Shown: in pieces, positions 31,270 to 40,949 of the stretch
Numbering within the stretch: the first letter of the stretch is position 1
How the letters are laid out: each line of letters starts with the position of its first letter
NCBI GenBank assembly: GCA_016934735.1
Contig: JAFGSG010000110.1
Span: 1,457 to 65,456 of the forward strand
Direction: 5' to 3'
Origin: Spirochaetota bacterium
GTDB taxonomy: Bacteria; Spirochaetota; UBA4802; JAFGDQ01
DNA: 64,000 bases
The notes under the pieces: model-generated
Told to the model about the DNA's origin: nothing
Databases searched by the model: none
What the model saw: the letters and a program-made list of their open reading frames with translations, nothing else
Translations under genes and position numbers: made by a program

Positions 31270-33143
31270 AATTAGCAATACTCGCCGGGGGAAAAGGCAC
31301 AAGACTCGGCTTCAGGGACATTCCTAAACCCTTAGTGAGTGTCGCAGGGAAACCTATTCTGGAGCATCAGATACTACTTGCCAGAAAATTCGACATTAAA
31401 GAAATATTCATTCTTTCAGGTTATATGGCTGATAAAATTAAAGAATATTTTGGCGATGGGAGTTCATTCGGCCTTAGGATAAAACATATTGTTGAGAATA
31501 AACCACTTGGCACTGCCGGAGCTGTTAAGCTGCTTGAAGGAGAAGTGGACGAAAGATTTATGATTTTTTACGGTGATGTAATAATGGACTTTAATGTTGA
31601 TTCCTTTATTGCATTTGACAGGAAAAATAATTCCATCGCTTCCATTCTGATACATCCTAACGATCATCCGTATGACAGCGATTTGGTAGAAGTAGACAGG
31701 AATAATCGGGTAATCGCTTTCCATTCAAAGCCTCATAAAGAGGGTGTATATTATTCAAACCTGGTTAATGCGGCGGTATATATATTGAGTCCTCAGATAT
31801 TTAATTTTATCCGCACGAATGAATTCTCCGACTTCGGTCGGGACATATTTCCGGATATTTTAAGAACCGATGAAAGCATATATGCCTATAACACTCCTGA
31901 ATATATAAAGGATATGGGCACTCCTGATCGATTAAGAAATGTTGAACAGGATGTGATAAGCGGTAAAATTGCGAGGAAGAATATTGGCAATAAACAAAAG
32001 GCAATCTTCCTTGATAGGGACGGGGTTTTGAACTATGATGACGGATTTATTATAAACACTGATAAATTCGTATTAATGCCTGGGGTTACTGAAGCTTTGC
32101 GGAAAATTAATAAATCCGGATTTCTTGCAGTGCTTGTTACAAATCAACCTGGTATAGCAAAAGGATTTCTGTCGGAAGACCAATTGAAAGAAATACATAA
32201 AAAACTGGAATATACTCTTGGACTTCAAGGAGCATATTTAGACAGAATATATTACTGCCCCCATCACCCGGATAGTGGTTTCCCAGGGGAAAGGATAGAA
32301 TATAAAATAGTGTGTAGTTGCAGAAAGCCTAATACGGGTATGATAGAAGAAGCGAAAAAGGATTTAAACATTGATTGTAATCAATCTTATATAATCGGGG
32401 ATTCATTCCGCGATATAATATGCGGCAGGAACTCGGGACTCACTGCTGTAGCGGTACGCACGGGTAAAGGATTAAAAGATAAATATGTGGAACCGGATTA
32501 TTTTTTTGAAAATATTTCCGACGCAGTTGATTTTATAGTTGATGATCCCTTTTTAGATCAATATCTGAAAATAAAAGAATTATTTTTAAAAGATCAAATC
32601 AACGGTAAATCTTTTGTCATTTCAATAGGAGGATTGACCCGCTCGGGCAAAACAACCCTGTCTGCTTACCTTAAGAAAAAATTCATGGATGATGGAATTA
32701 TGTCCTCGGTTATTTCTTTGGACAACTGGTTACTGTCTAAGAATGAAAGAACGTCCGGTTCTGATATATATGACAGATTTCAATTTGAACGGATTAATAG
32801 TGATTTCGATGATTTTTTTAAAGGCAAAGAAATAGAAATCGATCGATACTCACCATTAGACAGGATAAAGATGGATACAAAAGTAGTATATAAGGTCAAC
32901 AACCCATTAATTATTATTGATGGCATTATAGCTTTAAGCTCGGAAATTATACGTAATAATTCAAATATAAAAATTTTTTGTGATCTTAATGATGATTTAT
33001 TATATAGAAGGTTCAAGCAATTTTATAAATGGAAGAATCTGCATGATGATGATATAAATAAAATTTTTGAGCAGAGAATTTCTGAAGAATATTCTCTGAT
33101 TAGAAATGATAGAAATTATGCGGATATAATAATAAATACTTAA
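31266..33143 (+). CDS. Three-domain fusion: HddC-like nucleotidyltransferase + GmhB heptose-bisphosphate phosphatase + uridine-kinase-like P-loop domain
   Basis: ILAGGKGTRL...PKPL, GTAGAV, YGD; FLDRDGVL, TNQP, CPHHP...CSCRKP, IGDSFRD; GGLTRSGKTT, LDNW, IIIDG. Confidence 0.88.
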   Translation: MKLAILAGGKGTRLGFRDIPKPLVSVAGKPILEHQILLARKFDIKEIFILSGYMADKIKEYFGDGSSFGLRIKHIVENKPLGTAGAVKLLEGEVDERFMIFYGDVIMDFNVDSFIAFDRKNNSIASILIHPNDHPYDSDLVEVDRNNRVIAFHSKPHKEGVYYSNLVNAAVYILSPQIFNFIRTNEFSDFGRDIFPDILRTDESIYAYNTPEYIKDMGTPDRLRNVEQDVISGKIARKNIGNKQKAIFLDRDGVLNYDDGFIINTDKFVLMPGVTEALRKINKSGFLAVLVTNQPGIAKGFLSEDQLKEIHKKLEYTLGLQGAYLDRIYYCPHHPDSGFPGERIEYKIVCSCRKPNTGMIEEAKKDLNIDCNQSYIIGDSFRDIICGRNSGLTAVAVRTGKGLKDKYVEPDYFFENISDAVDFIVDDPFLDQYLKIKELFLKDQINGKSFVISIGGLTRSGKTTLSAYLKKKFMDDGIMSSVISLDNWLLSKNERTSGSDIYDRFQFERINSDFDDFFKGKEIEIDRYSPLDRIKMDTKVVYKVNNPLIIIDGIIALSSEIIRNNSNIKIFCDLNDDLLYRRFKQFYKWKNLHDDDINKIFEQRISEEYSLIRNDRNYADIIINT

Positions 33144-33152
33144 GGATATTTC

Positions 33153-34136
33153 ATGATTATCACAAAAACTCCCTTTAGAATAAGCTTTGTGGGAGGGGGA
33201 TCAGATTTAGAATCATTCTACTCCCAGTATATAGGCGCAGTATTCAGCACTACCATTAATAGATATATGTATATATCGTCGCATAATTTTTTTGATATTG
33301 ATAAAATACGGTTAAAATATTCAAAAACAGAGACCGTTGATGATGTTTCTAAAATCGAGCATCCCATAGTTAAAGAGGTATTGAAAAAATTTTCAATTAA
33401 TGGGGCTCTCGAAATCAGTTCCAATGCCGATGTTCCGGCCGGCACAGGAGTAGGCTCTTCTTCGTCATTTACAGTGGGACTTTTGCACAATCTTTACACT
33501 CGTTCAAACTTGTTCGTTACAAAAGAAAAATTAGCCGAAGAGGCATGCGATATTGAAATAAATAAACTCAAAGAACCCATTGGAAAACAGGATCAGTATG
33601 CAGCCGCATTTGGCGGACTTAATATAATAAAATTTAACCCAGAGGGAACGGTCAATGTTGAAATCATTCATCTATCTTCTGAAATATATCAGTCTTTACA
33701 GGAAAATCTAATCATATTTTATACAGGTATGCAGAGAGCTACTTCGGAAATACTTACTGAACAAAAAGCGAATATGACATCAAGAAATAAGTCCGATATT
33801 TTACGGGAAATGGTCAGTCTGGTCTGGGATGTCAGAGACGCTCTTTACGGTAATGATTTAGAAAGGTTCGGGAAAATACTTCATCATAACTGGCTTCTTA
33901 AACAGCAGCTAGCTTCAAAAATATCCAATAGCGATATTGACGATCTCTATGCGATCGGCTTAAAAAACGGAGCTGTTGGGGGAAAACTCCTGGGAGCTGG
34001 CGGTGGGGGATTCCTGCTTTTCTATTGCGATAAGGAAAAGCAGAATAAACTCAGGGAAGCCATGAAAGGCCTCCAGGAATTGAAATTTAGATTCGAATCA
34101 GAGGGATCAAAAGTGATCTATATCGGAGATGAATAG
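33153..34136 (+). CDS. hddA: D-glycero-alpha-D-manno-heptose-7-phosphate kinase (GHMP)
   Basis: TPFRISFVGGGSD, PAGTGVGSSS, GKQDQYAAAFGG, KLLGAGGGG. Confidence 0.88.
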   Translation: MIITKTPFRISFVGGGSDLESFYSQYIGAVFSTTINRYMYISSHNFFDIDKIRLKYSKTETVDDVSKIEHPIVKEVLKKFSINGALEISSNADVPAGTGVGSSSSFTVGLLHNLYTRSNLFVTKEKLAEEACDIEINKLKEPIGKQDQYAAAFGGLNIIKFNPEGTVNVEIIHLSSEIYQSLQENLIIFYTGMQRATSEILTEQKANMTSRNKSDILREMVSLVWDVRDALYGNDLERFGKILHHNWLLKQQLASKISNSDIDDLYAIGLKNGAVGGKLLGAGGGGFLLFYCDKEKQNKLREAMKGLQELKFRFESEGSKVIYIGDE

Positions 34137-34233
34137 TAATTAGTCATTATTTTTTTTATTCATCTACACATTGAGTATATATTTTAATGGGTTTTAAAAA
34201 ATTTTGTCATTGTTGACATATGAGGGAAAAATA

Positions 34234-34806
34234 ATGGATTTTACAAAAGAAATAAATGAATATTTAACTAATTTAAAAAAAACAATAGAGAATTTAGATG
34301 TAATGGAAATTGACTCTGTGGCCAATGTTCTTTTGGATGCTTATAACAGGGGAGCAAATATTTTTGTTTGCGGAAACGGCGGGAGTGCGCTAACGGCCTC
34401 TCATTTCGCTTGTGATTTCAACAAGGGCGTAAGTTACGGTCTTGAGAAAAGATTCAGGATTATCCCTCTGACCGACAATATCGGAACAATAATGGCTTAT
34501 TCAAATGACGTTGATTATGAATGCATTTTTTTGGAACAAATGAAAAATTTTTTTTACAGCAGTGATGTGGTAATAGGCATTTCAGGAAGCGGTAATTCCA
34601 AAAATGTGTTAAAAGCTGTCGAATACGCCAATGAGAAAGGCGGCATTTCAATTGGGCTGACAGGTTACAACGGAGGGGAGCTCAAACGGTTGGCAAAATA
34701 CAGCATAAACGCCAACATAAATGATATGCAGATATCGGAAGATATACACATGATAATGAATCATTTACTGATGAAAGTTTTTGATATTGTGGTTAAAGAT
34801 AAATAA
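34234..34806 (+). CDS. gmhA: Sedoheptulose-7-phosphate isomerase (SIS)
   Basis: CGNGGS, ASHFACD, AYSND, ISGSGNSKNV, MQISEDIH; ATG 34234 after GAGGG. Confidence 0.9.
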   Translation: MDFTKEINEYLTNLKKTIENLDVMEIDSVANVLLDAYNRGANIFVCGNGGSALTASHFACDFNKGVSYGLEKRFRIIPLTDNIGTIMAYSNDVDYECIFLEQMKNFFYSSDVVIGISGSGNSKNVLKAVEYANEKGGISIGLTGYNGGELKRLAKYSINANINDMQISEDIHMIMNHLLMKVFDIVVKDK

Positions 34807-34891
34807 AAGTGTTTTATATAATTGAATAATAGTTTGTTACATATGTAACAAATTTCGATTTGCAATATACTAAAAGGATATATTCATAGAA

Positions 34892-35869
34892 ATGAATAAA
34901 TTCAATATCCGGAAATTATTTTTTCTTTATATTATTATTTTTTTAGCACCTAAATTATATGTCTGCTCCTCTGAATCCGGTGTTAATCACTTATCAGCTC
35001 GGTTTGATGCCGATATGCTTTACGCAGGGACCGATCTTAAAGGCTGGGAACTGAATGAAACCAATACAGGACTAAAAGGTGATTATTCAAAACTCACAGA
35101 ATTTAATGTTTCATTGGGGAAATTGGCAAGCTCCGGAGGGCCTTTGTATCTGCCGGCAGGAATAAAAATATCGGATAAAATTTTGCGTTATCAGCTTTTT
35201 CTTGATGCAGGAGGAATTACAATAGAACGATGTCTGATCCGGCCTGTCGGTGTCGGAAAGGGAATGCCGCTGGTTACGGCGGGAAACGCAATAATCAGAG
35301 ATTCTGAAATTGATGGAAGTTTAATACCTGATGAACGAATCGTATATAGTATCGCATATTCAGGTCATGGTATTATTGAGAGGTGCAATATACATCATGC
35401 AGCCACTGGCATTTTCATAAACAATACAGGTTCTAAAATCTCAGTTGCTCAAGGAAATTTTATTCATAATCTAAGATGGATTTCTCCCGCGCACATGGAT
35501 GGTATCACAGTACGCAGAAGTGACGGAAAAGGTTTGATAATCCGTAATAACCGAAGTATTTGTGACTCTGTTAGAGGCAGTACCGGAGCATTATTCATTC
35601 AACCTTATCAGGGTTTTATTGATAATGTTCTTATTGAGGGGAACCTTTTAGAGGGTTATGGATATAATTTATATCTTGAATATAGAGGGCATCGTTACGG
35701 TTCCAATATTAGAGTGATTAACAATCGATTTAATGCCTATTCCGGAAGTGCCCGTACTGTCGGTGTTGATGGCGGACCAGGCTGGCATGAATGGAGTGAA
35801 AATTATATTTATAAAAAGGACGCAAGTGACGGCAGAGGGAAAGCCGTAACTTTAAAAAAGCGTAAATAG
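34892..35869 (+). CDS. Secreted right-handed beta-helix (pectin-lyase-fold-like) protein, paralog 1
   Basis: Hydrophobic N-terminus; repeated I.NN / I.GN rungs; KGWELNETNTGL, PAHMDG, NNRFNAY, GGPGWHEWSENY. Confidence 0.7.
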   Translation: MNKFNIRKLFFLYIIIFLAPKLYVCSSESGVNHLSARFDADMLYAGTDLKGWELNETNTGLKGDYSKLTEFNVSLGKLASSGGPLYLPAGIKISDKILRYQLFLDAGGITIERCLIRPVGVGKGMPLVTAGNAIIRDSEIDGSLIPDERIVYSIAYSGHGIIERCNIHHAATGIFINNTGSKISVAQGNFIHNLRWISPAHMDGITVRRSDGKGLIIRNNRSICDSVRGSTGALFIQPYQGFIDNVLIEGNLLEGYGYNLYLEYRGHRYGSNIRVINNRFNAYSGSARTVGVDGGPGWHEWSENYIYKKDASDGRGKAVTLKKRK

Positions 35870-35882
35870 TATAAACGAATCA

Positions 35883-37751
35883 TTAATAATAGATTCTCAG
35901 CCATTCCTCAAAGACAGCAATACTGAATAAAATTTTATAATTATCCTGTTGATTGTTTCTGTGCGATTTCAGTAGAGACTGAACGGATGCGTAATTAAAA
36001 TATTGATACATCAATGATTGAGGATCTGTAATATAGCTGTTTAATTTTCCGTCCACTGAATTCCGGAACCATCCATCGACAACATTTATTCCGAATGCTC
36101 TTTTCTTTCTGTTGATTATCTCCTTAGGCAGGTAATTTTTGCAGACCTGTTTATGGATCCATTTGCGTTTTCCCAGCCTTATTTTATATGAAGCAGGAAG
36201 CTTTTCTGCATATTCCACTATCTCTTTATCAAGATAGGGAACCCTTAGCTCAAGACTGTGGGCCATTGAAAGTTTATCGGCGTACATTAGGAGTTCATCC
36301 GGAAGGGAATACCGAATCTCTATAAACTGCAGTCCGCCGAGTTCATCTGTATATTCCATCAGATCGCCTAATTCCTTCCAGCATTCAAGCGCTTTATTGC
36401 CCGTGTTTTTATTAATAAGCCCTTCCTTAAATAATCCATCAATTGTTTGTGATGGATTAATAGAAAAGACATTCTGGTATCTGTTCATTCTTTCAGGGAT
36501 ATCAAGAGAATAAATGCCTCTTTTTAGGGTTCCGGACCTTGGTAAGGCATTAATTATTGATTTTACCGGAGATCGCAATATAGAGGGCATTGATCTCCAA
36601 TAGGAACCGTATCTAACGCCCAGATGGCGGTTGTAGCCTCCGAAAAGCTCATCCGGGCCCTGACCAATTAAGGCGACCTTTACGTCTTCTCTCGCTCTCT
36701 GACAGACATAATACATCGGGATTATTGAAGCTGAGGCGATCGGTTCTTCAAGACAGGAGATAATGTTTGAAAAATTACTCTCAAAGATTTTTTTGTTTAT
36801 ATTAATTTGATAATTCGGGCTTTTTAATATACCAGCTGTTCCGGCTGCATCGGAAAGCTCGTCATCAGCATAATCCTTGCCATATCCAACAGTAAAAGTT
36901 TTCCATGAATCTCCGGACTCTTTCATAAGGGCAAGCAACATTGCTGAATCAACACCGCCGCTTAATAATAGACCCACAGGGACATCACTGAGCAGATGTC
37001 TTTTCATGGATTTTTTATATAACTCCAGTAATTGATCCGCTGCTTCATTGAATCCTGGTACAGTTTCAAAAGGTTCCGGTTTGTAATTCCACCAGCGTTT
37101 TATTGTAAAATATCCTTTTTCAACAATCATGCATGTGCCGGGTGCGAGTTTATGAATATTTCTAAAAATTGTGTACGGTGATGGTGTGTACCGGTGTCTT
37201 AAAAACATGTAAAGAGATTCATTGTCAACTTCAGGTTTTTTATTGTCTTTAGCTGTTATAGCCCTGATTTCAGAACCGAATGTTAATGTTTCTTTATCCG
37301 CATGATAATAGACAAGTTTGATTCCCATACGATCTCTTGAAATTACCAGTCTTTTTTTTATATTGTCCCATATGGCTATCCCGAACATTCCGTTTAAGTG
37401 ATTGAAGACATCAACTCCCCATTGTTTGTAACCGTATATTATTACTTCTGTGTCGGAACGCGTTTGAAATTTATAACCGTAAGATTCAAGTTCTTTTTTT
37501 AATTCCGGAAAGTTATAAATTTCGCCGTTAAAAACAATCCAAATGTTTTGTTCAGTATCAGACATGGGCTGATGTCCGCCTGCAAGATCAATAATGGACA
37601 GACGTCTGAATCCCAATCCGATTGATCCGGAAAAATAATATCCCTCATCATCCGGACCGCGATGCGTTATTGAAGCGGTCATTCTTTTTATTGTCTCTTT
37701 GTCGACCGCAATATTGTTTTTATAATTAAATTGTCCGCAAATGCCGCACAT
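35883..37751 (-). CDS. asnB: Asparagine-synthase-like glutamine amidotransferase (glycan amidation type)
   Basis: MCGICG, HRGPDD, RRLSIID, FNGEIYN, LLSGGVDS, GQGPDELFGGY, LELRVPYLD. Confidence 0.9.
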   Translation of the reverse strand: MCGICGQFNYKNNIAVDKETIKRMTASITHRGPDDEGYYFSGSIGLGFRRLSIIDLAGGHQPMSDTEQNIWIVFNGEIYNFPELKKELESYGYKFQTRSDTEVIIYGYKQWGVDVFNHLNGMFGIAIWDNIKKRLVISRDRMGIKLVYYHADKETLTFGSEIRAITAKDNKKPEVDNESLYMFLRHRYTPSPYTIFRNIHKLAPGTCMIVEKGYFTIKRWWNYKPEPFETVPGFNEAADQLLELYKKSMKRHLLSDVPVGLLLSGGVDSAMLLALMKESGDSWKTFTVGYGKDYADDELSDAAGTAGILKSPNYQININKKIFESNFSNIISCLEEPIASASIIPMYYVCQRAREDVKVALIGQGPDELFGGYNRHLGVRYGSYWRSMPSILRSPVKSIINALPRSGTLKRGIYSLDIPERMNRYQNVFSINPSQTIDGLFKEGLINKNTGNKALECWKELGDLMEYTDELGGLQFIEIRYSLPDELLMYADKLSMAHSLELRVPYLDKEIVEYAEKLPASYKIRLGKRKWIHKQVCKNYLPKEIINRKKRAFGINVVDGWFRNSVDGKLNSYITDPQSLMYQYFNYASVQSLLKSHRNNQQDNYKILFSIAVFEEWLRIYY

Positions 37752-37753
37752 TT

Positions 37754-38635
37754 TTATTGTCCAGTGTTTAGTTTTAATCTCTGAATTTGTTCTTTTCGTA
37801 AAAATACAATTACATCCGGAGGCAAAATAATTTTTTCTTTTCTGATATAACAGAGAAAAAAACTTAATAATTCAACAATAGCTCCGATAATGTACGGCCT
37901 GTCAATCGATCTGTAAAGGCATCTTACGATCTGAAACAGAGGGTGATATCCAAGCTGATAAAACATGATTCCTTTATTATATTTCGCTTTTAAAGGATGG
38001 CCGCTGCCTTTTCCTACATATCCGTAGTGCATCACTGGCAGTTCCGGAAAAGTCTGTACTTCCCATGAGTTCATTCTGGCCCGGATCTCCATTGCCGCGT
38101 CTTCTCCGCCATATTTAAGAGGAAGGAAATCTCCAAGTTTTTCAAAGCATTCATATCTGAATAACTGCACTGCTCCGGCAACACTGTTTAAGCTGATATT
38201 TTGTCTTAATTTTTTATTATTATAAATTTCATAAACAATTCCGCCTCCAATGCCTAATATTGGATTTTTTTCAAATCTGTCAATAAGCTCTTCAAAATAA
38301 TCCGACTGAAATGAAATATCTGCATCAAGAATGCCAATATAGTCGCAGGAAGACGCGTCAATTTGTTTTTTCGCTAAATTAATTGTTTTTACTTTTGATC
38401 CGAAATTATGGAATTTATCGCCTAAAGACCTGAAAAATTTAATAAAATTATGTTTTTTTTGATAGGATTGTATTATATTATCAGTATTATCGGTTGAACC
38501 GTCGCTTATTATTATCCATTGAATTGGCTTTATTGTCTGTTGAATTACCGATTTTAATGTTTTTTCAATATTTTTTTCTTCATTCCTTGCGGCTGTTAAC
38601 AAAATATATTTTTTATTATTTTTAGTTTTCTTCAT
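37754..38635 (-). CDS. Glycosyltransferase family 2
   Basis: TAARNEE, ISDGSTD, ILDAD (DxD), GGED. Confidence 0.9.
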   Translation of the reverse strand: MKKTKNNKKYILLTAARNEEKNIEKTLKSVIQQTIKPIQWIIISDGSTDNTDNIIQSYQKKHNFIKFFRSLGDKFHNFGSKVKTINLAKKQIDASSCDYIGILDADISFQSDYFEELIDRFEKNPILGIGGGIVYEIYNNKKLRQNISLNSVAGAVQLFRYECFEKLGDFLPLKYGGEDAAMEIRARMNSWEVQTFPELPVMHYGYVGKGSGHPLKAKYNKGIMFYQLGYHPLFQIVRCLYRSIDRPYIIGAIVELLSFFLCYIRKEKIILPPDVIVFLRKEQIQRLKLNTGQ

Positions 38636-38995
38636 AATTACCTGAAGATAAATAATTTGTCATATATGTCAATATTTATAATAAAATAAAAGAGATATAA
38701 TTTACTTTTTTAGACTGTTATTGTCCGGCAATGTGAGTCTTTACTTTTAAATTGAATCAATAATATTTGAATCATATATATTAACATCGATAATAATTAC
38801 AAAGTATCTGTATTAATAAACATTTCATAAAAAAAATTTTAATTATTAATAATATTTTTATATGATTTATTTAGTTGACTGATTTTTTCTTATTTGAAAA
38901 GTAGATAAATAATTATACTTGGTCTGAAGAAACTTTAAAAGCAGTAAATATTGCTTTTTTAAATTTAGTTTCTCAGGAGAAAAGAATCACATAAA

Positions 38996-39997
38996 ATGAT
39001 ATGTTTGAAAGTCAGCTGGAGAAATGTTGTGAAAATTAAAAATTTGTATATATTTCTTATTATTTTATCAATATTGGGAATGCCATGCTGTAATTGCAGT
39101 ATGGAAACAGAAAGAATAGATTTAGGTACGCTTTACCCGGATATGGGAGAGTATAAAGGCTGGGAGATTGAGCTCAATGGAAGCAATACGGGATTAAATG
39201 GTGATTATTCAAATTTAACCAACATAACTCCGTCCGATGTCGGGTATTTAAACGCTGGTGTTCTGTATGTTACTGCAAGCAATATAACAATTTCAGATAA
39301 ACAAATAGAATATCCTGTAATTATGCAAAACAGTATGGGAGTAATATTCGATAAATGCCGTATTCAACCCACTTCCTGTGGAGTCGGTTCGCCAATCGTT
39401 CAGGCAGTAAACACAAATACTACTTTCAGGGATTGCGAGCTTGATTTTAACAATATACCGCTAAATCAGGTGTATATGAGTATTGGTGTAGTAATTGTAA
39501 ACGGCATTATTGAAAGATGCAATGTCTATGGTTCTTCTACCGGGATTTCAATTCATAATACTTCAAATACAATGGCTTCAATCGCGGAAGGGAATTTCGT
39601 TCATGATCTAAGATATCAATCTCCTGCACATATTGATGGTGTAACTATCAGAAAGTGTTGGGGGATGGGTTCAATAATTAGAAATAACAGGATCATCACT
39701 GATTCTATTTCGGGAACAACAGGAGCATGTTTTATACAGCCGCTGGAAGGTTACATAAATAATGTACTAATCCAGGGAAATCTTTTTGAGGGTTATGGCT
39801 ATAATTTATGGGTTGAAAACAGCGGATCCCACTATGGTGCTAATATGGTTTCAATAGATAACCGTTTTAATGCTTATCAGGGTTGGTACACATATGTTGA
39901 CGGCGGTCCCGGATGGTACGAATGGAGTGAAAATTACATTGATGACCCTCTGGTAGAAGATCATAAGGGAGCAGTTATTCCTAAACCTAATCCCTAA
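38996..39997 (+). CDS. Secreted/lipoprotein beta-helix protein, paralog 2
   Basis: KGWEIELNGSNTGL, PAHIDG, TTGACFIQ, DNRFNAY, GGPGWYEWSENY. The true start may be GTG a few codons in. Confidence 0.7.
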   Translation: MICLKVSWRNVVKIKNLYIFLIILSILGMPCCNCSMETERIDLGTLYPDMGEYKGWEIELNGSNTGLNGDYSNLTNITPSDVGYLNAGVLYVTASNITISDKQIEYPVIMQNSMGVIFDKCRIQPTSCGVGSPIVQAVNTNTTFRDCELDFNNIPLNQVYMSIGVVIVNGIIERCNVYGSSTGISIHNTSNTMASIAEGNFVHDLRYQSPAHIDGVTIRKCWGMGSIIRNNRIITDSISGTTGACFIQPLEGYINNVLIQGNLFEGYGYNLWVENSGSHYGANMVSIDNRFNAYQGWYTYVDGGPGWYEWSENYIDDPLVEDHKGAVIPKPNP

Positions 39998-40178
39998 AAT
40001 TTACAATAATACGTGATTAGTTTTTAATTTCAATATTAAAATTATTGACTAATTTATTATAAACAGTAGATGTTTTCATTCCTTTTAAATTTCAATCTAA
40101 TTTTATTAAATGTGTTTTTAATAGATAACTTTTATTCATTAATGCTTTGCTAAAATATTGCATAGACCGCATTTTATT

Positions 40179-40946
40179 ATGAGAAATAAAATTTTTATTA
40201 CTACTCTTGGCTTGCTGCTGATTGTATCCTGTATATTAAATATATTTTTATTCACATATTCTATAAATATTTACCGTCAGCAAAAAATATATCATATTGA
40301 TCCGTTAAGTTCTTTACAGCATCCGAATTCTAATAAATACATAAGTAAAAAAAGCAGGGAGCAGGCAAGGGTAATTTTATTCGGAGATTCCCGTATATAT
40401 CAATGGGATCCTTTTCCGGAGTTCACTGCATGCGAGATAATCAATCGCGGTATCCCGGGAGAAACAACATCACAGTTGCTGCTGCATATTGAACGGGATG
40501 TGATTTCTCTGGTACCTGACATTGCGGTTGTCCAGTCAGGTGTGAATGACTGCATCGCAATAGGTGTTCATCCCGAACTTGAGACATATATAATAGAATC
40601 TGCTAAAAATAATATTAAAGAGATAAGTAAAATTTTAAATAGTAAAGGGATCCGGACTCTTATCCTGACTGTATTTCCTGTGGCTTCAGTACCTCTATAC
40701 AGGCGCTTCTTCTGGTCTGAAAAAACCAGAGTAGCGGTGATGGAAATAAATGAATATATTCTTAAATTTAATTCGTCCAATGCAAAGGTTCTTGATTGTG
40801 ATAGATTTTTTCTCGAGAAAAATGAAATGAAAAAAGAATATGCAAATGACATGCTTCATCTTAACCATGCCGCTTATATGAAATTGAATGAACACGTAAT
40901 ACCGCTTATTGAAAAATTTATAAAAGATATAAAACCGGGTTATTAG
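40179..40946 (+). CDS. SGNH/GDSL-family esterase / acyltransferase
   Basis: N-terminal TM; FGDS, NRGIPGETT, SGVND, DMLH. Confidence 0.85.
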   Translation: MRNKIFITTLGLLLIVSCILNIFLFTYSINIYRQQKIYHIDPLSSLQHPNSNKYISKKSREQARVILFGDSRIYQWDPFPEFTACEIINRGIPGETTSQLLLHIERDVISLVPDIAVVQSGVNDCIAIGVHPELETYIIESAKNNIKEISKILNSKGIRTLILTVFPVASVPLYRRFFWSEKTRVAVMEINEYILKFNSSNAKVLDCDRFFLEKNEMKKEYANDMLHLNHAAYMKLNEHVIPLIEKFIKDIKPGY

Positions 40947-40949
40947 ACA

